64,000 nucleotides of DNA from Octopus vulgaris. Its lineage: Eukaryota. Below are positions 53,852 to 64,000 of the stretch, piece by piece. Where the stretch lies: NCBI GenBank assembly GCA_951406725.2, contig OX597816.1:83390001-83454000 (forward strand), in the 5' to 3' direction. The notes beneath the pieces are model-generated. The model had not been told where the DNA came from and searched no databases. It saw nothing but the letters and a program-made list of their open reading frames with translations. Position 1 is the first letter of the stretch. Every line of letters begins with the position of its first letter. Made by a program: the position numbers and the translations under genes.

Positions 53852-56333
53852 GTAGTAGTGTACTGTTGCTGCAGTTGAGCAGTAGCAATGGAAGCAGCAG
53901 TAGCAGTCTCAGTAGTAGTAGTCACAGCAGTAGTAGTGGTAGTAGTAGTTGTCCATTATTTATTCATATAGTTTCCCTCGTCTGTTATGTCATTTGTTTT
54001 TTTATCTATCTCTTTATTACACTGAATGTATGTGTGTGTGTGTGTATGTGTGTGTATGTGCGTCTTTGTGTGCGTGATTGATTTCTTGTAAGTGCGTGAG
54101 TGTGTATGTGTCTATATGTGCACATGCGCGCGTGTGTGTGTATATGCGCGTGCGTGTGCAAACGTCTGTCTGAGTATGCGTGCATTTGTGTGTTTTCATG
54201 TTCGTTGAGTTATACACAGGATGTGTGTGCGCGTGTATGTGTGTGCATATGTATGTAATTGCATGTATATATGTTAGTAGCGTTTTGTGGTAGCATACTG
54301 AATGCGTGTGTGTGTATGTGTGCTAGAGTATATGTAGCTCTATATAGACGGGTGTAGAAGAATGTATGAGTGCATGTATGCTTGTGTGTATGTATGCATG
54401 TATATGCATGTGTGTGCGAGCGCGTGTGAATGTTTGTGTGTGTGTGTGTGTGTCTGTGTGTGCATGCGAGTTAGTTGGTTGCTTTTATGATGTTTTATTG
54501 TTTTAGGTCATTTGTAGCTTTCAATTGAAATAGTCATAAATATATTTCAAAATTAAACATCTCTCCTCGACTCCCTCCCTCCCTCCCTCTCTCTCTCTGT
54601 CTTTCTGATACACACTCACATACGCACTTTCGCGTATAAACATGCACATATAAGAAACCACGAGCACAAGCACTCAGAATTCTAAACAGTCACATACATA
54701 TTAACACATACTGGCTGATCAACACAGACTCAGGCGGTTACAAACTCACAGGCAACAAACGGGGAATTTTACACATATACACAATTTAAGAAAGTATAGA
54801 TACACACATACTCACACATCACACATCACACACACATAAACAAATAGATACACAACCATGCAATTATACGTACAGTGTAATACACATGGGCATTCTCACA
54901 GATGCAGTAAAAATTATACTCATGCATATACATCTTTGAAAGGAGACATGAAAAAAAGACACCCAAAATCTCACATGGATATACTAAATATTTTACATAC
55001 ACATACATACAGACAGCATACATGCAAAGAATGTCAGAGACACACATACATATATGAACAGGAGTATAAATGTATGTGTACGTGTATGTATAAGTGTGAG
55101 TATATATATGTAATGTGTGTGTATGTATGTATATATGTTCACGCACAGACACACATTCAAAAACATTGATATTTTTCTACATTTACACATATCAATGCAT
55201 GCATACGCATACGCACATATATAAAAACATCCTGTAATAAACGCATGCATAAATCATTAAATACATATATTCCTTCAAATATACACATACTTTTGTATAT
55301 AAAAAGCAAGCAAAGAATATTAAGTGTGCGTGTGTGTGTGTATGTGTGTGTCTATCTGCATGTGTGTTTGTCTATATATATATGCATGTATACATATATG
55401 CATCAAACAATATTGAGCTAAGAAAAATAGCTTGCTGTGTATATGAAAAACCTATGAAAATATAGGTATATCAAATACCATACAATATATTTTCTCCAAC
55501 TGAGAACAACTCCACATGGGAAGGAGCGATAATCTTACGAATAAAGAATTCTCCAATGTGGACGGGCCATTAAGGAACTGCACAGCATATTGTCTGATGA
55601 TAAAAAAAGGTTTTCATGCTTCAATGGACACAACACTTATCCAATCCATTCTCGTGCAGCCAAGGGCCATAAATATATACAAAATAGGTAGAAAACATTT
55701 ATGGGCTATGAAATTTGCATAAATTAAGAAAAGAAAAAAATATCTAGCTAAGAGAAATAACTCAGAGCGGCCGTTGGCATATATGTGAACAACATAGACA
55801 AATATAGTCACATCAACTTCCATATAGTTTCATGCCTTTGATAATACAATATTCGGACGAGCTTGTATATCATGCTTTGTATCATCTGGCAGTCGTTGAG
55901 GCTTAACGTAGAACATGATACGCTCTTAGAAAAAGGCTCTTGCTTTGTTTGAATGCGAATTAAAAATGATGGATGTAACTAATTCGACGGGGAAAGGTTA
56001 AAGTTCGTGGGAATTTCTGCTTTATCCGGAAAGAGTGGTATTTTCCTGTTCGATAATAAAAACTTATGCAGATGCATATACTGAATTCTTTATCCAAAAC
56101 TTTCACTAAATGCTAGCATCTGATTAACTTCCTGTTATAGAAACCCTAAGTTTCGCTTTCGACGCTCTTTGAAGTTCTACTTCTGTCTTTATTAGAGCAC
56201 ATGAAATGTTTATTCACATTGACTTATAAATACAAACACAAAGGCACACTCACATATATGTATGCATGCATGTATATATATGTGCATATTTATATGTATA
56301 TATAAAGATATATATATACATACATGCATATGA

Positions 56334-56433
<100 letters not shown>

Positions 56434-56453
56434 GTTTTGTTTATGTTTATGTA

Positions 56454-56510
<57 letters not shown>

Positions 56511-57757
56511 ATGTATCCACTCACCGAAGCATTCACAGTCGCATATACACATCTATATCCCAACTTACACATATTTTACAGGACATAAAAATTTATAGGC
56601 ACATACATGGTAATACCACGCTAGTGTACACATACACACATACAAACATTTGATTTTCCCTCAGTAAATATTAACACTGAACACGCACTAGCCCATATGC
56701 ACATACACACATGCACACATGCAAACACGAGAACACACAATTCAGTACACAAACATACATACACATACTTCCCAACGCCCTGTTATGATATACCCACATA
56801 ACTTACTCGGACGCATACACACACATACACTTTTACTCCACCGTAGATTGCGGTGAATTTAGTTTATGTGTTTCGTTGCTGATTCAGAGCAGCAGAATCT
56901 CTCATCAAAGATAATTAACTAATTAATTTATGCTGTAGATTACCCATTGTGACACACAGATGGCGCACTCCGCTCGCTGATTAATAACCTCTTAAAGGCG
57001 GCACATAAACCCAGGTGTCACCTTATTTCACATCATCTCGTTCTAATGACGGCGAGACAGTTAATAGTACTATGTTGACCACCACAGCAACGGCGAATGG
57101 TGTTGGTGGTGGCGATGATGATGATGCTGACGATGATGATGATGATGACGACGACGACGACGATGACGACGAAGGCGATAAAGACGACTACGACGACGAC
57201 GACGATGATAATGATGTAGATGACAAGGATGACGAGGTAGGAAGGGAGAAGAGGAGGCATAGAAATATGAATGTCTACAATGAATATAATGGTGACAAAG
57301 TTGATGATGATAATGATGATGATGATAAGGAGGAGGGGAGGAGGAGGAGGAGAAGGAAGAGAAGAACGACGACGACGTTGAGGAGGGTGAGGATGAGGGT
57401 GACGGGGAGATGGTGACTATGAGCATGATCATGACGACGACGAGGATCATAATGACGACGACGGTGACCACGATGATACTTCTGCTGAGGGCAGGAGTGG
57501 AAAGCTCATTTTTGCTTCTGCTGCTGCTGTTTCTGCTGCTAGTGTTGTTGCTGCTGCTGAGGACGGTTCTGTTATAGGTCTTTTTTTTTTAAATAGTGAT
57601 AAAATTGACGATTAAGGAGATAAAATCGATGATGATGATGATAATGATGATGCACATCTTTGATCAAAGGAGGTTTCGAAGCCCAGTATCCCGTATTTTT
57701 GTGCCTGTATGCCCCCAGTATCGTTGTGATGATTGTGTGATACACACAGATTACATA

Positions 57758-57945
57758 ATCCTTTCTACTTTAGGCACAAGGCCTGGAATTTGAGGGGAAG
57801 GGGATAGTCAGTTACATCGGTACAATAGTACTTGATTAGTACTTAATTTATTGACTCCAAAAGGATGAAAGGTAAAGTAGATCTCGGCGGAATTTGAACT
57901 CAGAAACTCAGAACGGACGAAATGCCGTTCCCGGTGTGCTATCGA
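57758..57945 (-). mobile_element. SINE A
   Basis: aatcctttctactttaggcacaaggcctg...aggatgaaagg...ggcggaatttgaactcagaa. Confidence 0.8.
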
Positions 57946-57956
57946 TTCCACCAATG

Positions 57957-58013
<57 letters not shown>

Positions 58014-58083
58014 GCACGCATGCACGCACACACACACACACACATATACACACACATGCACACACAGGCAAATACATAGGTCC

Positions 58084-58116
<33 letters not shown>

Positions 58117-58376
58117 TGAGGGAGATAAATTAATATTAATTTTAATATCAATCTAAAACCAGTAGTCCAGCATTCAAAAAATCTGAGGAGTCAGAGAAAA
58201 TTCAAATATATGTGTATATTGGCAGGGCTGGCCTGCTAGGTAGCCGGCCAGAATGCTAGAAATAGATCATCAACGATCAAACTACAAGGGAAATTCTCTA
58301 GAGGAAGAATTCAGCGAACACCAGAACCAAATTTGGCGGGCAGGACATATGAACAATTAAATAAAAAACAGACTTA

Positions 58377-58452
58377 AATGCATACCTCGGTTTCGGTCTT
58401 AACAAAAGAATTACTTGCATAATTCAAGTGTCCGTGACTTCTTCAGTACATT
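58377..58452 (-). ncRNA. Type I hammerhead ribozyme
   Basis: Reverse complement of 59127-59202. Confidence 0.85.
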
Positions 58453-59126
58453 CGGTCCTCGAGATGCAAACCGCAAGACTAACCCCAGCTCTCTGTGTCA
58501 AGACAGACACGTGCTTAGTCTTACTGATTACATCGGGAATAAAATTTCAAATGTCTTGGTTCCGGCGCGCTAAGAGACTCCTGAAGCGAAGGGCTGCAGT
58601 GAATAATTCACTGCGGGTAAAGCTTACTTCTAGGGAACGTATTTATTTAAATATTTAAAAATTGAGGGAGATAAATTAATATTAATTTTAATATCAATCT
58701 AAAACCAGTAGTGTTCGCTGAATTCTTCCTCTAGAGAATTTCCCTTGTAGTTTGATCGTTGATGATCTATTTCTAGCATTCTGGCCGGCTACCTAGCAGG
58801 CCAGCCCTGCCAATATACACATATATTTGAATTTTCTCTGACTCCTCAGATTTTTTGAATGCTGGACTACTGGTTTTAGATTGATATTAAAATTAATATT
58901 AATTTATCTCCCTCAATTTTTAAATATTTAAATAAATACGTTCCCTAGAAGTAAGCTTTACCCGCAGTGAATTATTCAAATGCAGCCCTTCGCTTCAGGA
59001 GTCTCTTAGCGCGCCGGAACCAAGACATTTGAAATTTTATTCCCGATGTAATCAGTAAGACTAAGCACGTGTCTGTCTTGACACAGAGAGCTGGGGTTAG
59101 TCTTGCGGTTTGCATCTCGAGGACCG

Positions 59127-59202
59127 AATGTACTGAAGAAGTCACGGACACTTGAATTATGCAAGTAATTCTTTTGTTAAGACCGAAACCGAGGTATGCA
59201 TT
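59127..59202 (+). ncRNA. Type I hammerhead ribozyme, GUA site
   Basis: aatgta-CTGAAGA-agtc..acttg aattatg caagt..gacc-GAAA-ccgagg-TA-tgcatt; 6-bp stem I, extended stem II, minimal stem III. Confidence 0.85.
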
Positions 59203-59387
59203 TAAGTCTGTTTTTTATTTAATTGTTCATATGTCCTGCCCGCCAAATTTGGTTCTGGTGTTCGCTGAATTCTTCCTCTAGAGAATTTCCCTTGTAGTTT
59301 GATCGTTGATGATCTATTTCTAGCATTCTGGCCGGCTACCTAGCAGGCCAGCCCTGCCAATATATACATATATATATATATATATAC

Positions 59388-59557
59388 ATTTCGTTTTTGG
59401 ATTTGGTTTGCAAGATTCTTTATGTGAGTTCGTGTGTTGAAGCACATTCTGTTGTGTCTGGGGAGAGTCAATTTCTTTTTGTGCCTTATAATTTAACAGA
59501 CTCACCGGTAAAATTACAAGGCACAAAAAGAGCATGACTCTGTCCAGACATAACAAT
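59388..59557. mobile_element. Short TA-flanked insert with fold-back (no HHR retained)
   Basis: 59450-59494 is inverted at 59511-59555; TA runs on both sides. Confidence 0.6.
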
Positions 59558-59768
59558 ATATATATATTTGAGTAATTGAATGAATTATCTTATTAAGGAT
59601 AATTCGAAAGATAACCGATACCTGGGTAGCAAATTCACATCAGAAAGAACACGGTTGAAACTACGTCCATAGGGCATAGACTACGTGTCTTCGTGCGGAA
59701 ATTTGTATGTTTATTTTAAAATTATAAGTATATGAAAGAATGGAGTTGAACGACTAGTTAACAAATAT

Positions 59769-59863
59769 CCTTTATTCTCGACATATGTTTCGAAGGCTGC
59801 ATATTCCTAATTCCGAAGGAATAAGGAGTACATTATGCAGATTTCTCATCAGGAAAATCAAGG
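59769..59863 (-). ncRNA. Type I hammerhead ribozyme
   Basis: Reverse complement of 59989-60083. Confidence 0.9.
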
Positions 59864-59988
59864 AACTTATGTCGACAACAAAATGCACAAAAAACTTTTA
59901 GCTGACCGCTCTCAAGGAGCCCATGGGCTCCTTGAGAGGCGGTCGGTCAGCTAAAAGTTTTTTGTGCATTTTGTTGTCGACATAAGTT

Positions 59989-60083
59989 CCTTGATTTTCC
60001 TGATGAGAAATCTGCATAATGTACTCCTTATTCCTTCGGAATTAGGAATATGCAGCCTTCGAAACATATGTCGAGAATAAAGG
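59989..60083 (+). ncRNA. Type I hammerhead ribozyme, GUC site
   Basis: ccttgattttc-CTGATGA-gaa..ctgcata...tatgcag..ttc-GAAA-catatg-TC-gagaataaagg; canonical core and long stem I. Confidence 0.9.
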
Positions 60084-60125
60084 ATATTTGTTAACTAGTC
60101 GTTCAACTCCATTCTTTCATATACT

Positions 60126-60157
<32 letters not shown>

Positions 60158-60184
60158 CACGTATTTTCTTTTTCCTTTTTTTGT

Positions 60185-60401
60185 TCTTGTTTCAATGATT
60201 AGATTGCGGTTATGCTGGGGCGTCATCTGGAAGGGTTTTGGGCGAGCAAATCGATCCCAATAATTCTAATTTCTTTTTCAGCCTGGTAATTATTCTATCG
60301 GTCTCTTTGTCGAACCGCTAGGTTACGGGCACGTAAATAACCAACACCGGTTGTCGAGCGGTTGTGGTGGTGGACAAACACTGACATAAAGTCACATAAA
60401 C

Positions 60402-60499
<98 letters not shown>

Positions 60500-60537
60500 A
60501 CGAGCTTATTTTAGTTTCCATTTACCAGACTCACAAG
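60185..60537 (-). mobile_element. SINE B (head truncated)
   Basis: cttgtttcaatgatt tail, tattctatcggtctc, internal (CA)n(TA)n. Confidence 0.8.
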
Positions 60538-60774
60538 GAATGGACGAAAGAAATTGGCGTATCAGCAATCGCATATCACAAACACAGAGACACAGACAGA
60601 CACTCACACACATACATACATACACATACACATATACAAATACGTATGTGTGTGTGTTTGTATGTATACACCAGTGAGTGGACAATCGTAAGAGGCACAT
60701 CGCACTCACACACACACATGCACGCAAGCACAAATACACACACAAGTACTCATGTCTGAGTTGTGCGTATAGAG

Positions 60775-60857
<83 letters not shown>

Positions 60858-61060
60858 GTCCATATGTCTGTCTATATGTATGTATATATCTGTGTGTGTG
60901 TGTGTGTGTGGCTAGGTAGATGGGGGAACAAACGCAGACACCAAGACACACATGGATATATACATACATACATACATACACTTGTGTGTGCACAATTTTA
61001 TGGTCTTGTCTAGGAAAATATACATAGATATATACATGCATATATGTATACATACGTCTA

Positions 61061-61103
<43 letters not shown>

Positions 61104-61925
61104 GTGTGTGCGCGCGCGCGTGCGTGTGTCCTTGTGTGTGTGTGTGTGTGTGTGTGTGTAATTAGTGCTCATTGATTAAAGAGTACTTTTGGCCTCCTGC
61201 TGAACTACAGGCCACGTTAAATGTTGTTTCCGCCATTCATCAGAGTTATTACTTCGACTTAACAATTCTTAACTTGTGTAGTGTAATGAGAAGTTATGTT
61301 TACAACCTAAATTGAACACCAAACAGATAACTGTACGTGTATGAATGAAAGTCGTAGACACCCAGACACACACAGAACATTCACCAACATTCATATATAG
61401 ATAAACAGTCATATCGACAAATATGCATGTTGATAGTGTACAAACACCAATATATTTACACAGAGATAATGAACAAACACATATGTGCAAATATATATGC
61501 ACAATTATATTTGTGATTTGTATGTATAATAATTCCGTGTACAAGTCTGCGCGTAAAAATATTTGCTCAGTTTACGGAAGCAAATGTTAATAAGGTTTCC
61601 ATTCTTCTGTCCTCTGCCTCACCTCTATCTCTTTCTCATATAATATCGCCTGCAAGTACTTCTAACTATATCACAGAATCTCTCTCTCACTCTCTCTCAT
61701 TTTTTTTTTAGTTCTTGTTTAATCTTATTTCCCTTTCCAATGTGTGTCCATTGATAAACGTAGATATACTTTCGAATAACAACTATGTGAAGTCGTGGTA
61801 GCAATATTATATTGAGCTAATTTCCAGCATTCGTATGTACGAGTGTATTTGCTCTATATCCATATACATGTGTGTTTATGTTCATATGTTCGTGATGTAT
61901 GCCTGTATATACGTGTATGTATATC

Positions 61926-62015
61926 ATTGTTCAGTTTATTTCAATCTTTCTTGCCAATAACCTAGATCCAAGAATCTTGCATTGGAATTTCAACATCAAC
62001 AACACGGTATATTTT
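61926..62015 (-). mobile_element. 3' UTR fragment of R4/Dong-like LINE
   Basis: ttcttgccaata..cctagatccaag..cattggaatttcaacatcaac matches 21320-21395. Confidence 0.65.
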
Positions 62016-62088
62016 GTATATATGTATGTATATTTGTGCATGTATTTATGTGTGTCTATATACATACATACACACACCTACATTAATA

Positions 62089-62194
<106 letters not shown>

Positions 62195-63053
62195 AAACTC
62201 TCAGCCCTTGAGTCATTCTGTTGTTTCTGCTAAATGTACGTGTGTGCACACGTGCGAGTTTGTGTTCATTAGTATACACAAAATAGACGCGCATAAAGAA
62301 TATGCGGGCGAGAACACAAGCTTATACACACACACACTCTCGAATATATACCAATTACCCATATGTGCATTTAGGTATGTATGCATTTAAGTATGCATAC
62401 ATGCATGTTTGTAAATAAGTATGTGAGTGCCTATGTGTGCATGTGGATGTAGGTGTGGGTTTATGTGCCGTATTTGTAATGACCAATAGAATAATTTGGC
62501 CAAGCAGTTAATTTGACCTGGTGTTATGAAATGTTCTTTTGTAACTTTATCGTAACTTTGCTATTTCATTGGCAAATACACGTTACAAGACTCACTCATA
62601 AGGGGTGCTAAAAATTCAGAATTTTTGTAAAAATTAACAAAATTAGAGAAATAAGAACAAAAGTAACAATTACCAAAAATAATTATCAAAAAGAATAATA
62701 ATTAGTAAAGAGGATAATTATAATTATTTTTGGTAATTATTATATTTGCTTCAAGAATTGCGACTCCAAGCGTGCCATAATTATCTCTTCATATGAAGAA
62801 TATTTGCTCTTTGTTGGGAAATACCGCTCCTAACTTATCGAATGAAATAGTGAGGTTTCAACGCCAGAAAATTTCATTACGTATCTCAAGGTGCCTTTTC
62901 AACGACAGTGCAAATGAAAAATTAAGTAACTGAATGTCATACGTTTTCGATCAGACACACACAAACGTACACACGCACGCACACACACACACGCACACAC
63001 ATACACACACACACACACGCACGCGCACACACACACACACACATGTATGTATG

Positions 63054-63388
63054 TTCACTTCTATCTTTAATTATTTGAAGTCTTCCTGTAAGGAAGGTGC
63101 AGTCTAACGAGATACAAAGCTCTATCATTGGAATGTAGATAGCAAAAGTACATTTTGAACGTGAGAAAGTCTTACATATTTTTACTGTTCCGCTTACAGG
63201 TTGCTTTTGTAACGTACACCTTCGCTGGTTGATTTCTTCTGGAAATTTCAGTTTTACCAAAGTGTCACTTAGGCGTTTACTCATCAGACCAGGTGCACAG
63301 TTTATTATGCCTATAAGTGTGAATTTATCATATAGATATAGAATCTGAAGGTTCAGAAGCACTTGATACCGGCCTGTTACATTTGCTC
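63054..63388 (-). mobile_element. 3' end of an R4/Dong-like LINE in (CATA)n
   Basis: YQVLLNLQILY...LQKQPVSGTVKICKTF C-terminus plus UTR; TATG repeats at both ends. Confidence 0.7.
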
Positions 63389-63456
63389 TGTATGTATGAA
63401 TGTATGCATGCCTGCGTGCGTATAAATACACACACAGACAAACACAAATATTTATA

Positions 63457-63487
<31 letters not shown>

Positions 63488-63579
63488 GAACTTTAGATTA
63501 GTTAAAATATGTAACAAATATATTCTAACCTCAAGTTCGCTTATGCCTAAACACTGCTTATGCATACATACATACATAC

Positions 63580-63621
<42 letters not shown>

Positions 63622-64000
63622 CAAACATATATTTATATATATACCTGTACATGTACACACACACACATATGTGTATGTAGAGAGATAGATAGACAGATAC
63701 GTGTATGTGTGGATACATTTGTACTTAGAACAGAAAGTGTGCGTCACTACTTTTATGTATATGTCATTACGTATGTCATCCATTCTCACTTTTAAATTTA
63801 TATGCATGTTCACAACACAAGACGCAAATTTAGAATACTTGGAATAATTTAGAACTCTTCAATGTAGCATACATATGCATGAGGCGTCTATCGTAGCGAT
63901 TTTTGTAGAAATTGTACAGCCATAATTCAATTGAGAAGTTCACTATAATTTTTCCATACCTGACCATTGTTTCTTGTCTTGCCCTGCTGCATATTGTAAT

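Larger units (their letters stand above)
58111..59364. mobile_element. Head-to-head inverted pair of >1-mer copies of a 546/547-nt circularly permuted HHR unit
   Basis: Left arm 58111-58712 (58111 recurs at 58657). Right arm 58711-59364 is the reverse complement in a different register (58711 recurs at 59258). (TA)n at both ends. Confidence 0.92.
59567..60129. mobile_element. Near-perfect ~200-bp-arm palindrome with two HHRs, TA-flanked
   Basis: 59723-59923 is complementary to 59924-60129 with no spacer (5-nt indel near the centre); the left side extends to the TA run at 59566. Confidence 0.9.

Noticed and set aside
55516-55823. Short complex-sequence ORFs
   Set aside because: No domain similarity or clear splice signals recognised.
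57015-57416. Asp-rich 133-aa ORF
   Set aside because: It is composed of GAT/GAC/GAG triplet repeats typical of the background.

Overview
This is AT-rich, extremely microsatellite-dense eukaryotic DNA with no recognisable host protein-coding gene, and nearly all ORFs in the track are translations of simple repeats. The SINE families present (tRNA-derived heads with Meta-, CORE- and V-type central domains) suggest an octopus or other cephalopod genome, which is an inference from my recall of these families. The window also holds decayed R4/Dong-type (RLE) LINEs, RTE LINEs and Tc1/mariner (maT-like) transposase fragments. The main unannotated signal is a set of mostly unrelated, non-coding elements of 200-650 bp that carry type I hammerhead ribozymes (HHR) with short palindromic stem III and abut (TA)n tracts at their 3' ends. 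The three youngest (22.7 kb, 58.1 kb, 59.6 kb) are head-to-head inverted pairs. Two of these contain more than one monomer of a circularly permuted unit (361 nt and 546/547 nt), as expected if a circular or multimeric ribozyme RNA (retrozyme or non-autonomous Penelope-like element) was reverse transcribed from both ends of a break in (TA)n. Coordinates were counted by hand, and boundaries of old repeats are approximate.
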